Counted from the stretch's first letter, positions 1 to 16,440 are shown. The stretch is 64,000 nucleotides of DNA from the human T2T-CHM13v2.0 reference genome, Homo sapiens (GCF_009914755.1 NC_060942.1), one strand, 5' to 3'. Made by a program: numbers and translations. Notes: a model not told the origin generated them from the sequence alone.

Positions 1-137
1 TACTTTGATACTTTAATAAAACTTTTGAAGAAGGAAGTATCTCTTACTGCTAATATTTGAAGTCATAACAGATCATTATAAAATATAACAGCTCTGTATT
101 GAAGACAGTTCCGTAGAGGAGATAACAAAAATATATG

Positions 138-245
138 AACCTGATGTGAGTATTACACATTGTATGCCTGTATCGAAACATTTTGTGTGCCCCATAAATA
201 TATACACCTATGTACTCATAAAAATTAAAAATTAAACATTAAAAA
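138..245 (+). mobile_element. L1 3' terminal fragment (L1MA-like)
   Basis: attacacattgtatgcctgtatcgaaaca...ccccataaatatatacaccta followed by an A-rich tail. Confidence 0.7.
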
Positions 246-1544
246 AGTATATGAAAGAAGGAACACTGTCTTATTCATTTAGCCATGTTTATTTTATACA
301 TGGCATGTTTATTTGTAGTATAGCTTTCTCAAATATAATCACAGTTGCTTTAATATGGCAAAAATGCATTCTGTTATTAAAACAGAGCCTGTTATACGTA
401 GGTTTTATCTATTATATGTATGATTTTTGTGGTCTAATAGTGCCTCTACTAGAATGGAAATTTAAAAATAGCATTTATAGTTTAATAATTTGCGTGAGAC
501 TAATAAACCAGCGAATTTGGAAAACGCATACACGTGTGTGCCTTCCAAAATGTGCTATGAAGTTTTGCCATTTTGAAATACTTGATAAACTATAGGACAC
601 TAATATATAATTGCATAAGCAGTTAAGGACTCGTGAGAATGAACTGATTTTGTTAAAATTTAAATTTTAAATACCCTATTTCTGACTTCTTTAAATAAAT
701 GAGGTGTTTTTATGCCCTGCCTTTTTTTGCATTTATGCAAGGCTGCCCATAGCCTGAAGGCAGGGGCCAGTTATGCCTGTATGAGTAGGAAATTAAAGGC
801 CTTTACTATTCTGATTTGAAATTTTGAAAGAAGGACATGGTAAGTATTTGAGATAAATGTATATTTTTGGTTAAAACATGTAACTTTTTTTTTCCTATCT
901 CTATTCTTCTGAAATAGAATTAGTTTTATATAGCTTTGAGAAAATATTGCTTTCTTTTTGTGCACTCTGCTCCTGTTCATTAAAAAATTATAAGTGCTAT
1001 ATTTACCTTTTAAGGTAACGTTTTCATAGGAAGTAGCAGCGATTGCTGTTTTGAGGTTGTTTTTCTTAAGTGGGCTTTTCAAAGACTAGAAGTTATTTTT
1101 AGGCTGAGGTTGGCAATCAGTGTGTAGGTAGAAAAATAGATTTGTTATTTTCCATTGTAGAAATATATTCTTTGAAACACTGTATTTACTTTTTAAATTG
1201 GTAAAATTTAACAATACAGTTATGGAATGAATATGTCAATACATGATTATGTGGTTCTTAAGACGCGTTGGCCAACTCAAGAGAAAATTTTATAATTATG
1301 ATAGGACTCCTAGCTCTTATAAGAAGTGGCCTTTATAATGCCACCTTTAGTACTTTTCAGCATTCTACAGGTGGACAATTCAAGAACTATATTTGTAAAA
1401 TAATGTTTTAAAGAGAGCCAACGGTAAAGGCAGGAAATCACTCAAAACATTTTGTATGTTCCAGAGACTACTCAAATATTAATCCTGTTTTCAGGAGTAA
1501 CTTCGTAGGCGTGGAAAAGATTTTTGTTTATTTAGACCAATTCA

Positions 1545-1835
1545 TTATTTATTAACTTCATTCAATAAATAGTTACATTGTACCTACTACATGCCAGGCA
1601 CTATGTTAGTGAGTTTGTTCACTCAGTCAGCCAGCTCTGTAACATGGAAAGAAATGGGAACAATTTCACCTATCTCATAGCCACCTGAAATAGCTCAGCA
1701 TAGATAGTTTTCTGTTCATTTGCTTCTCAGGCTGTTCCCTCACTCACTCATTCACTCATTCATTTGCTTATTCATCAAGTACCCATTGAGGGCATTCTGG
1801 GTGCTGAACCCTGTGCTGGGTAGGCACTGTGCGGG
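1545..1835. mobile_element. L2 3' end fragments
   Basis: ttcattcaataaat...tacctactacatgccaggcact and cattcactcattcat...attgagggc motifs. Confidence 0.55.
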
Positions 1836-2554
1836 TGTGAGTTGTGTTCTGAAGGGTGAAGGCTGAGGATCTTGAGAGCCCAGAGGAGGGATCCAGCCCG
1901 ACCCGAGGGACCAGGAAGAGTGGTCTGGAACCAGCACCCTTTGGACCTAGGCTAGAGGCCGAGCAGGAACCATTGAGGAGAGAGGCAGGAGGTCAGTGGC
2001 CCAGGCGGGAACCCTCACACCCAAGCCCCAACATTTTTATTTTGTTTTGGGAAATGTATAGGATTAAAGTAATAACTGGAAAGGAAATAAATGGAAACAT
2101 GGAATGGAAACATTTCCTATTTTCCCTATTGTTATCTGAAGACAAACTTAATTTTTATGTTGCTACTTTCTCTCTTAAATATCCTCTTACTAAATAGTCT
2201 GTCGTATTAATTAGACTGGGTAGTCCTAACTCAAGAAAGCATTTGGCAATTAAAAGATGGAGGACTCAGGGTCTGACCGTTTTCCTTGGCCTTCATTTGG
2301 CTTTCTCTCTCTTTTCTCCCCTCCTTCTTCCCAGGCCTGGCTGGCTGGTGCCTGGACACCATTTGGGGCTCTGAGAGGGTTGTGGCTGCCAGCCCCCAGT
2401 CGCCAATGCCTGGTCAGGCACTCGTATCCCCTGTCCTGTTCACCATTTCTCCTTTCTCATTGTTCTCATAATTTGTCCTGCTTAAAACTCCTAGGTTCTA
2501 AGGGACACCCCTGCATTGCTTGCCTTTCCTTTGCTAGACACCAGAGAGAGGCTA

Positions 2555-3172
<618 letters not shown>

Positions 3173-6100
3173 TGCAATTCTGTTTTTGTCATCTTGTTGT
3201 TGAACTTGTCTGTATTTTAAATTACTTTCATGACTGAGTATATTTTGCCATACTCAGGAGATGCATTCTTCATGTACGTGTGTGCTAGAAACGCATCAGT
3301 CAGAGCAATAGTCCGTAGGAAGTAAGGGTCAAGGGCCTGGTTATTATTGTTTTTAGGGTACCTCTTAGAGAGCGGCTCATTAATGATCTACCTGTAGATA
3401 ATTACTACCTCAGGCTGTAGGAATGGACTGTCCAGCCTCCTGCTTATTCTTCCCTTCCGTGGGGAGGAAACCCAGAGTCGACTGGCCCCAAAAGTCTTCC
3501 CATCCCCTGCCTGTTACAGGCTAACAGCTTCACTGATCTTGGTGAATTTCATGGCTTCTCAACACCAGCCAGCGTATTACGAAGTCTTTTTGCTGATAAG
3601 ATGCAAGGCCATATCACAAGCAGTTAACAAAAATAAACAGAAACTGCAGTGGCTGTAAATGCAAACATCGCTGTACACACAGGGGCCATGCTGTCTGGGG
3701 ACAGGTACCCCTCCAGGCCTGAGGTGCCCCTGACCTGCAGGGACATCTGGGGTGAGCTGGTGGTGGCTACAGACTCCCATACTCCCCAAAAGGGTGGGCA
3801 CATGATAAAAACGAGTCTGAACAGAAGACTGGACCTATTCCAAACATTTGTGAATCAAACACTCATAAACTAAAGGCTGGGGTGGTCAGTGGTTTTAGAG
3901 GCATGCCGTCCTTTAGATTAAAAGGTCCCTAAAGGTCATGGTTTGAGTCATGTCTGAAAAGCAAATAAAGTCTTTCCGTGAATTTCCCCACAGCTATCTT
4001 CTGGTAAAGGAAATAAGCACGTGTGCTTTTGTTGGTGAAAGCAGTTTTACAGGTTCAGGTGATGAAGGTCTTCTATCTAGTCATTTTTTGACCCTGTGAG
4101 GACAGTTCGTCAGATGAAATGGGAAGTATGAATTTTGTAGGACGTGGTTGGTTGGTTCACTAAACAGGCATGTACTGGGGACCTGTTAAACTCCAGATTC
4201 TGTCCTAGGTGGTCAGGACAGCAGCATGTAACAGAGATGGGGTCCCCACTCTTGGGGACTTCCATTTATTCAAACAAACAAATAATGACACAAATATCAA
4301 ATAGTAATAAATGCTCTGCAGAGAATTAAAATATAGAGAGTGATTGGAGACATATTCATGTATCTTTAAAAAGAATACTAGAGAAGAGAAGATCAAAGAT
4401 GGCAAGTAGCCTTTTTCAGATTTCATCAAATATGGTGTTAGGGGGCCCTCATTTGTCCACAAAAAATATGGTGACAAGGGATGATGACGTGAGTCAGAGT
4501 AAACACCATTTACTCACTTTGCGTCACTGTTTATTAGAAGGGCTGTTCGGACTTTCTAGTTGCCAAACTGGACCGTGTATGCTCTCTGAAGAGCGGGCGT
4601 ATTCTTGGTCATCTTTGTGTCCCCAGCACATAGCACTGGGCCGGCTGTGTACTTGGTGTTCAGCAAACATGTCTTGAATGAGTGAGTGGAACAAAACTAA
4701 ATTCATTAGAATTTTTCCTAAAGCCCTAAGTATAGAAAAGGTCACTTTTTATTCATTTTAAACTGAGGAATATTATCCAGTCATGACTTAGATGGGTGAT
4801 TTTAAAATTAAATATCTTGCTTTAAAAAAAAATTATTGCTTTTTTTAAAGAAAATTTACAGTTTTCTCTTAGATAACTTTGGTGGAGCCAAGGAACAAAC
4901 TGGAAAACTATAAATTATTTATTAGACGATGATCCCGAATTTTATTGTTTTTGTTTGGTGTGATTTCTTACTCACCCTCCTAGTTATTTGGCTTGGAAGG
5001 AGTTGATGTTTTAATCCTTCCAGGAGCAGGCTCAGTGTCAGCTACGTACTATGGGAAAACATTGAGAATTGGAAATTTATCATGGATCCTTAGAAGATGT
5101 GGCGCAGTGGAGTGTGCAGGGCATGGAATTGGACCTGGGTGACTGTACCTGTCTCTCAGGCCTGTTGGGAGGAGGAGACCTCATGAATGAGATAGAGCCA
5201 CTGGGATTACTGTGAAGTGATTTAACTTTTTAGGAGAATCACAGGTAATGAATTTTATTTTATAATCTGATTTGTAGCAGGATTCAAAAAGGGACATTCC
5301 ACAGATGCTGTCAAATCATATATGAGATCTCTAAGGATGCTATCTGTAATATATAAAGGAAGCATTGAGAGGACTTTTAAAGTAAGATGCTTTCAGAATA
5401 AATCAGACATTTTCCTTTGGAAAAATATTCTTAATAACAATATGAATCATGTCAAGAAAAACCCTTCGAATAAACCATTTCCCATTTTATTTTCCTTGGC
5501 CACCGTCTGAGGGAATAGGTTGCTTTTCTTAGACCTTTGATGTAGAGTTTTCCATTTATCACTTCCAAGACACCTTTCCCTTTTCTGCATATAGAAGATG
5601 CTCTGTTTAATAAACCATTGAATGAATGCCACGTGAACAAGGTGCTGAAGACATCACTGTTCTTCCTTCCTGTCGTAATATGAGTAGAGACAAGTCTTTC
5701 TCTTTAGTTGGTGAGTGATATAAAAGCTTTTATGTTCTGTGGCACTGGCTGAACAGATATTCCTTTCTCTGTGATTGCTGCAACATCTTTGAATTAAGGT
5801 TGAGGCCTCCAAGTTGCTCCCATAATAGTTTCCCGTGTCTGAATGGTGTTACAAAGTAAGTTCAACAAATTTGGAAAACATAGCTCATTGCAGAAGCAAT
5901 AAATTAATCTTATCCATTGATTGTTGCCACAGTGTATTCAAGTTAGAGAACTTGAGATATAGAACAGTAAAAATGAGCCGATAGCCCAGGAACCACAAGT
6001 ACAGACTATGTGGGGGCTACATTCAGACCATCAGGTCTCCTGTGAAATTGGGACATTTCAAGCCTTTATTTAGTGCTGACTTTTACGTGTTCAAAGCACA

Positions 6101-7009
6101 TATTTTTAGTTTTTAAGTCAGCCCTCATCAGATTATCAGACTCCTTATTATAAAACCCTTTTTGATTTTTCTTGGCACAGTGGGGGAGGAGTTAGCTAAG
6201 TAGAGAGATTTCACAATTAAAAAGGAAAAAACAACTTTTTAAATAAGAGAATGAGCAAAAGTGGCCTTTTCCTCCCCTTTTTTAAATTTTGAAAGGGATG
6301 CATTAAAAATCTTATTTATACTGCTTATATGGATAATATAAAAAGTGATCCTCAAATCACTTGCATTTGTTTTTGGAAAAAAATGCAGAAGACTGTCTTG
6401 GGGAGTAACCTCATATAAGTGAGGACTGTTCTCTACTTCTTGTGGGTTCAGTTCACTGCCAGCCTTGTGCTAAGGGTGCTCTGGGTCACAGCTGGGCTCT
6501 GAGAGGCCTCAGCTTGCCACTCAGTGAATCACTCATTCCCACATAAGCAGGATTTGGCTGTCTTGTATTGAATCGCCCCATTATTCTGTTTGGTTGGCTG
6601 GATGATATATTCCGTTGAGAAAATTGTATCAAAGCCACAACCGAACCACAGGGATGTAGAACAAGTAAATCAACTTAAATGATGCATTTTTCTCTCTAAA
6701 AGGAGTGTAAATGTAGGAAGTATCTGTGGTGACAGCTTGAAAACAGAGATGATGATTAGAGCAGTTTCAGTCGTGACTGTTCAACTCCCCCCTGTACACA
6801 CACTTGGCACTGAAGAAGACCCCCTTGATCTTCTTGCCCTTCACAACAATTTTTTTCATTTTTTGTTGTCTGCATGTGTTGAAAAGTGTAGGCAGAACTT
6901 TTGTTTTCACATTAAATTCTATCAAAAAACATTTTTAGGTCATGATGATATTCCATCTGGTTATTTATGAGTCATTTATTCTATTATAGAAAGTTTTTTC
7001 AATTAATTT

Positions 7010-8120
7010 TTTAAATTTGTGGTAAAATATACATAACAAAATGTGTCATCTTATCCATTTTTCAAGTTTACAGTTCAGTCATGTTAAGTACATATGCATT
7101 GTTTTGCAGCCAATCTGCAGAACTCTTTTTCATCTTGCAAAACTCCAACTCTGTGTCCATTAAAGAATGGCTCCCCATTCCTTTCCCTACCTCCAACCCC
7201 TGACAACCACTGTTGTGCTTTCTGTCTCTATGAATTTGACTATGATAGGTACTTCATAGAAGTGGAATCATACAGTATTAATCTTTTTGTGACTGGCTTG
7301 TTTCACTTAGGATTATGTCCACAAGGTTCATCCATTTTGCCACATGTATCAGAATTTTCTTTTTTTTAAGGCTGAATGGTATTCCACTGTATGTATATCA
7401 CATTTTGTTTATCCATTCATCTGTCTATGGGCACTTGAGTTGCTTCCATCTTTTAGCTGTTGTGAATAATGCTGGTATGAACGTGGGTGTACAGATACCT
7501 GTTTGAGTCCCTGCTTTCAATTCTTTTGTGTATATGCCTAGAAGTGGAATTGCTAGATCATATGGTAATTCTATTTTTTCAGAAACTGCCTATAGTTTTC
7601 CATAGTGGCTGCACCACCTTATACTCCCACCAACGGTATGCAAAGGTTCCAGTTTCTCCACATCCTTTCTAACACTTATTTTGTTTTATTTTTGATAGTA
7701 GCTATCCTAGTGGGTGTGAGGTAGTGTCTCATTGTGGCTTTGATTTGCATTTCCCTAGTGATTAGTGATGTTGAGCTTCTGTTCATGTGCTTATATAGCC
7801 ATTTGTATATCTTCTTTGGAGAAATGTCTATTCAAGTTCTTTCCCCAGTTTTTAATTAGATTGTTCGTTTTTTGTTGTTGCTGAGTTGTAGGAGCTCTAT
7901 GTATTCTGGATATTAACCCCTTATCAGATATATGATTTGCAAATATTTTCTCCAGTTCCATAGGTTGGTTGCCTTTTCACTCTGCTGATTATGTTCTGTG
8001 AGGCACAGAAGTTTTAAATTTTGATGTAGTTCCATTTATATACTTTCATTACCTGTGCTTTTGGTGTCATATCCAAGAAATTGTTGCTAAATGCACTGTC
8101 ATAAAGCTTTTTTCCAATGG
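7010..8120 (-). mobile_element. Old L1 (L1MB/MC-like) 3' portion
   Basis: Antisense L1 hallmarks such as ttatccattcatctgt, tgatttgcatttccct, gagaaatgtctattcaag. Confidence 0.85.
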
Positions 8121-9140
8121 TCTATTAAAACCCAGTTTTTCTCTGTTCTGGATAATGTTGCAACAAACAGCTTCATGCATGTAGTTTTCTTTTCTTGGCA
8201 TTGTTTTACTTTTCTTTCGGAAGGAAAGATGAAATACCAAACCAGTTTGTCTCCTTAAAACCCATTTTTGATGATAACAAGCAGAGCAGAGGATATCACT
8301 TATCCTTTTGGCAAAAATTGTGTTTCTGAAGGCGAGGTCTGAGGCATTAGAGAAGCATTCAGTGTTGTCCTTTTTGCTAATTGTACACAGTTAACTCCAG
8401 TGGCCCCCTGGGTCTGTGATTTTTAAACAGCATGAGTCCCAGAAAAGCAGAGCTTCCATTAAGAGCAGCAGGGGTGAGTACATGCAGTTTTTTCTTCAAC
8501 CCTCAGATCTCAGGTCTCAGGGCTGCAGTGAAAGATGTGGATGACAGCTGTGGGCTGATTAGTTTCAGGTGGCCCCGTGCTTCGTTTATAATCCCCAGGA
8601 GTCGAAACCCCCCACACATTTGAAGGGGAGAAAAGTATTTTGGAAAATTCTAGGAACTAAACATTAAATAAGTTTAGAACATTTTCAGAAAAATGAAAGA
8701 CAAAAAAATTCCAGCTATTCACTACTTTGGGCAGTAAAATTGCATTTAAAGAAACATACTCAGTGAGGGACTGTTTTACAGTAGTGATGCCTGCTTACCT
8801 AAGTGAGAAATGTTCCTTTGAGAATCAAATATATACATTCTCTTCCACTGTGTTTCAGGAAATAAAATCATCATCAGTCCAATTTTTAATATATTGGAGA
8901 GACCTTAAAAAAATTTCCAAGGCAATGTTGGCGAATATCAGAATGAGGATCAGTTGCTTCCTTTCATTCACAACAGGTTTCTACCTGTTGTGACTCATAC
9001 AGAGAGAAAATTTTAGAGCCGTTTTATTACTGATGGTTCATTTTAAAAAAGCAAATGCAGTGAACATAAGAGGCCCTCTCATGAAAGGATTCCAAAAGAC
9101 ACCTTATCTTTTGTAGAACATATGTATGTTTGTTCTGTAA

Positions 9141-10085
<945 letters not shown>

Positions 10086-10087
10086 TT

Positions 10088-10620
10088 ACCCAGTAATCCC
10101 ATGATTGGGTATATACCCTAATGAATATGAATTGTTCTGCCATAAAGGCACATGCATGTGTGTGTTCATTGCAGCACTATTCACAATAGCAAAGACATAG
10201 AGTCAACCTAAATATCCATCAGTTGGAGACTGGATAAAGAAAATGTGGTACATATACTGTGGAATACTATGCAGCCATAAAAAAGAATGAGATCATGTAC
10301 TTTGCAGGAACATGGATGGGGCTGGAGGCCATTAGTGTAAGCAAACCAATGCAGGAACAGAAAACCAAATACTCCATGTCCTCACTTATAAGTGGGAGCT
10401 AAACACTGAGTGCACTTGAACACAAAGAAGGGACCAACAGACAGCAGGGTCTACTTGAGGGTGGAGGGTAGGAAGAGGGTGAGGATCGAAAAACTACCTA
10501 TTGTGTACTATGCTTATTACCTGGGTGATGAAATCATTTGTACACCAAACATCTGTGACACACAATTTACCTATATAGCAAACCTTTACATGTACCACTG
10601 AACCTAAAATTAAAAAAATT
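10088..10620 (+). mobile_element. L1P (older L1PA/L1PB) 3' end
   Basis: ttcacaatagcaaagac, ggaatactatgcagccataaaaaagaatgag, ctcacttataagtgggagcta, A tail. Confidence 0.9.
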
Positions 10621-10669
10621 AATGACAACTATATGTGCATAAAATTAAACCACTGTTAAATTCATTAGA

Positions 10670-10954
10670 GGCTGGACGCAATAGCTCACGCCTGTAATCC
10701 CAGCATTTTGGGAGGCAGAGGCAGGTGGATCACTTGAAGTCTGGCGTTTGAGACCAGCATGGTCGACATGGTGAAACCCCATCTCTACTAAAAATACAAA
10801 AATTAGCCGGGTGTGGTGGCATGAACCTGAGGTGCCAGCTAATTGGGAGGCTGAGACACAAGAATCACTTGAACCCAGGAGGCGGAGGCTGCAGTGAGCC
10901 GACCACTGCACTGCAGCCTGGGTGTCAGAGTGAGACTCTGTCTCAAAAAAAAAA
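10670..10954 (+). mobile_element. Alu with TSD aaat(t)cattaga
   Basis: Alu consensus and flanking direct repeats. Confidence 0.95.
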
Positions 10955-11509
10955 TCATTAGAATAAATAATAAAATTATCAAGTTCATAATAAAAAAAGT
11001 TACTAGAGTAGGCATACGTTTAGATTTAATAGACACTGATAAACGAAGTAGGAGAAAACTAGTTGCTCCACATCTCACTAACGCTTGATATTGTCAGTCC
11101 TTCCTGACAACCTGATGAGTATAGTGGTATCTCATTTTGGTTTTAATTTGGATTTCCCTGATAACTAATGATTTTCAGCACTTTTTAATATGTTTACTGA
11201 CTTTTGGATACCCTCATTTGTGTAGTGCCTATTTAAGATTTTGGCCATCTTTTTAGGAAGTTTTCAGTCTTTTACTGATTCCTGGAAGTTTTTAATGTAT
11301 CCTGAAGATGAGCTCTTAGTTGGATATGTGTATTGCAAATATCTTCTCCCAGTCTGTGGTTTGCTTTTTCCAATCTCTTATGACTGAAAAGAAATTCTTA
11401 ATTTTAATTGTCTTGATGTCTGTTCAAGTAAGCATCTAGCTTTGTTGCTGTTCTTCAGATTTGATTTGGCTATTCTAAATTATTTACTTTTCCATATAAA
11501 TTTGTTTAA

Positions 11510-12605
11510 TTTTTTAAAAAACTTTTAAGTTCAGAGGTACATGTGCAGTTTTGTTACATAGAAAAACTTGTGTCATGGAGATTTGTTGTACAGATTATTT
11601 CATCACCCAGGTATTAAGCCTAGTACTAATTTTTTATTTTTTCCAGTCCCCTCCCTCCTCCCACCCTCCATCGTCAAGTAGGCCTCCGTGTCTGTTGCTC
11701 CCCTCTATGTGTCCATATGTTCTCAACACTTAGCTCCCACTTATAGGTCAGAACATTCGGTGTTTGGTTTTCTGTTCCTGCATGAGTTTGCTAAGGATAA
11801 TGGCCTCCAGCTCTATCTGTGTCCTTGCAAAGGACATGATCTTGTTCCTTTTTATGGTTGCATAGTATTCAATGGTATACATATACCACATTTTCTTTAT
11901 TCAGTCTATCATTGATGGGCATTTCGGTTGATTCCATGTCTTTGCTATTGTGAATAGTGCTGCAGTGAACATACATGTGCATGTGTCTTTAGAACAATTT
12001 ATAGTTTTTTGGGTATATACCCAGTAACAGGATTCCTGGGTTGAATGGTATATTAGTTTGTTTTCACGCTGCTGATAAAGATATACCTGAGACTGAGACT
12101 GGGTAATTTATAAAGGAAAGAGGTTTAATTAACTCATAGTTCCACATGGCTGGGGAGGCCTCACAATCACGGCAGAAGGCAGAGGAGGAGCAAAGTCATG
12201 TCCTGCATGGCAGCAGGCAAAGAGAGAATGAGAGCCAGGTGAAAGGGGAAATGCCTTATAAAACAATCAGATCTCATGAGGCTTATTCATTACCATCCCC
12301 CCATGATTCAATTATCTCCCACCAGCTCCCTCCCACAACACTTGGGAATTATGGGAGCTACAATTCAAGGTGAGATTTGGGTGGGGACACAGCCAAACCA
12401 TATCAAATAGTATTTCTGCCTCTAGGTCTTTGAGGAATTGCCACACTGTCTTCCACAATGGTTGAACTAATTCATACTCCCACCAACAGTGTAAGAGTGT
12501 TCCTTTTTCTCCACAACCTTGCCAGCATCTGTTGTTTTTTGACTTTTTAATAATAACCATTCTGACTGGTGTGAGACGGTACCTTATTGTGGTTTTGATT
12601 TGCGT
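11510..12605 (-). mobile_element. L1PA (older) 3' end, interrupted by a THE1 LTR
   Basis: ttttaagttcagaggtacatgtgcag...gctcccacttata. The ORF2 C-terminal remnant appears in ORF 12312..12560 ([23 protein letters not shown]). Confidence 0.92.
12049..12405 (-). mobile_element. THE1 (MaLR) solo LTR nested in L1
   Basis: tattagt...gctgctgataaaga...gccaaaccatatca, with near-identical 5-bp TSD aatgg/aatag. Confidence 0.9.
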
Positions 12606-12611
12606 TTCTGT

Positions 12612-12904
12612 TTTTTTTTTTTTTTTTTTTTTGAGACGTAGTCTCTCTCTGTCGCCCAGGCTGAAGTGCAGTGGCGCGATCTCGGCTCACTGCAGCTTCT
12701 GCCACTCAGGTTCCAGTGATTCTCCTGCCTCAGCCTCCCAGGTAGCTGGGATTATAGGCATGCCCAGCTAATTTTTGTATTTTTAGTAGAGATGGGGTTT
12801 CACCATGTTAGCCAGGCTGGTCTCGAACTCCTGACCTCAGGTGATCCACCCGCCTCAGCCTCCCAAAGTGCTAGGATTACAGGCGTGAGCCACTGCACCT
12901 GGCC
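12612..12904 (-). mobile_element. Alu (S-like)
   Basis: Poly(T) plus antisense Alu. Confidence 0.95.
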
Positions 12905-13920
12905 GTATTCTTTTAAAGATAAAAAATTCAGTGAGTTTGCTTTTATTCTTCCAGTTTGTATTCTGGACTATAAGATTTAAAAGTTTATTTCATCCTTTTT
13001 CCTATGCACAAAGTCCTGGGTCCCAACAAACACTGACATACTTAACTGATTGCTTTCTCACGTACTATGACCCAGCAGCCTTAGCATAACAGTACCCATT
13101 TGTCCAATAAGAATATGATTACGAAAATAGTTAAGATTTTTCTTTTGGCTACATTTTGGGGTCAGTTTTTAAGGGTATTTCACAATAGGGATGTACTGTC
13201 AGATTACTGTGTTGTAAAGTCTCTTGGACTAGTTCTGCTCTGGTATTATATTACCAACTGGATTTGCTTTTAGGGACATTTAAGTCACTTTCTTTTGACT
13301 TTAGGGGTTGCATTATTAACATTTAACTCAGTATTACTGTGAATAATTTTTACATGGTTCCAAAATGAAATCTATAAAACAAGATGTATAAAAGGGAGCT
13401 TCATTTCCATCCTTTTTTCTTCTTCCCTATTCCCCTCCCTCACCTTATAGGTATCAATTTTGAAAAAAATGTTATAGATTATCCTACCATTGTTTTTTCA
13501 ATATCAGCAAATATTTAGTCTTCTTTTTTTTTTTTTAAAAAAATAGGTTTTTCACTATGGTTTATTTCACTCACTCCATTTTTTGTGTATCTTTTGGTAG
13601 TTAGAAAGGTTTGTATTTGGGTTCTAATGCTTATACTCAGCCTTCACATAGCATTCCCACTCCCCTCTTGTTTGGTCTTTGTTGGTTCCAAATATGAGGA
13701 GTAATTGAAATGAGCTAGGAGCCTCTTCCTCCCCGTCCATAGCACTGGTTTTGAACCAATGACCTTCGTACTCTTTGGGAACATTTCCAGATCTCTGGAA
13801 TGAATGCATTTTGTGTAGAGACACATGCATGGTCCACAACTGATTAGGATGCAGATGCAGTAAGTTAACTTAGGATCACTTGAAATAAGTAAAAAAAAAA
13901 AAAAAAAAAAAAAAAGCGTG

Positions 13921-14354
<434 letters not shown>

Positions 14355-15813
14355 TCAAGGAGGGAAAATGGTTTCCTTGCGTTGTTGCTATGGTTTCTTT
14401 TCCCCCCTCTTAAATGATAAGATGGTAGGTGAAGTCGAAAGGGCCAGGTTAGGTACCATGAATAATTAATTGCCGCAGCTCTCAGAAACCTAATTTTAGC
14501 CAAGAATAAGAAGCAGATGTGGCAACAGTAGGCCCTAGTTTCAGCTTCCTTCATTTTTCAAATGGCAAAGTGGCTAATATTTGAGCAGGGAAAGGGAAAA
14601 GGAGGGAAAAGCCGCAGTACTCAGCACTTGATTGAGATGTGTCTGTTCCTGAAAGGCAGAATTCTGTGTCATCCCTTCCTTCACTGACTCGGATTTGTGA
14701 AACACCTGCTATGTGTGTAAGGTGGATATGATATATAGTAGGGTAGGGTAGGAGCCCATACTGTTATTCCCATATAGTGCTGTGGAATGAGAAAAACTAA
14801 TGTGTATTTTGAGGCAGATTGTGGGGATGACAGATGCTACAGGAGTGTGCCGTTTGATCTAGGTTCATGGGTGTGAGCACTGGTTAGGGATTCCTCACAA
14901 GGGAATTGACCCCCTCACTTTTTTTCATGTAGGTTTAAGTAACCTATTAAATGGGAAAAGCAGACTATTATTAACTGTAGAATTTAGGTAGGTACTAAGT
15001 AGATGAAAAAGAAAATGGCAGCAGAAGGTTAATGTAAAATAGAGTCCTGGATCTCACACACACTCTCTTTCTCTGACACACACACAGTGTACCAGGAGAA
15101 AAATGAATGTGTGTACCCTTCAATTCAGTAACACTACCTCTAGCATTTTATCCCAAAAATATATTTGGCCTTGCCTGCAAAAACATATGTACAAGATGTC
15201 CATTAGGCATATGTGTGTGTATACACACAGAGTCACACACATGTAAGTGTGCACCTTCTCTTTCCCGTAGACCCACACATACTCTCACTTTGCATATATT
15301 CTGTATTTATAGTCAGAGATTGAATAAATTGTTTCATCCCTTTTTATAGTGACCATATAGTATTTGCATAATAAAAAATCAGTAAAACGATTTTCATTTA
15401 AGAAGGTAATTACAACTAGCTTTTCCTTTTAGTGCAATTTATAGAAATCTGGATTTTGTACTATTTTGGATTTTGAAGCAGAACATTTATATTCTTTTAT
15501 TCTTTAAATTGGTATTGATTTGGTTTCATTTTTGCCTTACAACAAAATCAGATGATTACAAGGGGGGAATGGCTGACTCTTAGCGAGGCATTCCTAAGGT
15601 TCTGGGATTGATGAGTAAGTGTGTGAAGTCTGACTCAGTGAAGAGACCCTTTGATCTACTCTAGAAACTATACTGATTTTCTGTGTTGAACATTTGTAAC
15701 AAGTTTTGCATTTTAAAAATGATCTAACTGGTAACTGTAGAAGATTATTTTAAAAATGAATAATAACTGTCTTTCTTTGGCCATGTTTTTGTAGTTGTCA
15801 GATTGTTTCTACC

Positions 15814-16114
15814 TTTTTTTTTTTTTTTTTTGAGACAGAGTCTCACTCTCTCGCCCAGGCTGGAGTGCAGTGGTGTGGTCTTGGCTCAGTGCAACCTCCA
15901 CCTCTTGGATTCACGCAATTGTCCCTGCCTCAGGCTCCCCAGTAGCTGGGATTACAGACACCCGCCACCACTTGCTGCTAACTTTTGTATTTTTAGTAGA
16001 GATGGGGTTTTGTCATGTTGGCTAGGCTGGTCTCCAACTGCTAATCTCAGGTAATCTGCCTGCCTCAGCCTCCCAAAGTGCTGGGATTACAGACGTGAGC
16101 CACCGCGCCTGGCC
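15814..16114 (-). mobile_element. Alu with TSD tgtttctac, about 330 bp upstream of exon 2
   Basis: Antisense Alu with flanking direct repeats. Confidence 0.95.
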
Positions 16115-16440
16115 TGTTTCTACTATCTTTATATTTACTGTGTCAACTCTTTAACAGCCACAGTTACAAAGTTTACTAAGGCAGTGTCTGTTATAATTTG
16201 ACTTTTTGTTTGCCTTGCTTTGAAGAATCAGAGGCAAATTCTATCCTGGCAGATAGAGCCATAAACCACCTTGCCTCTTTAACTTCTTTATTAGGGTAAT
16301 TTAATCTGCTTGATGACCTTAACTTCTTTTATTCAATTAGAAGGATTATATGGTAATCATGATATGTCAAATGCTTTTAAAATAAAATTTTACAGTGAAA
16401 ATAATTGTATTTTGTGTGTGTGTGTGTGTTTTTTTAACAG

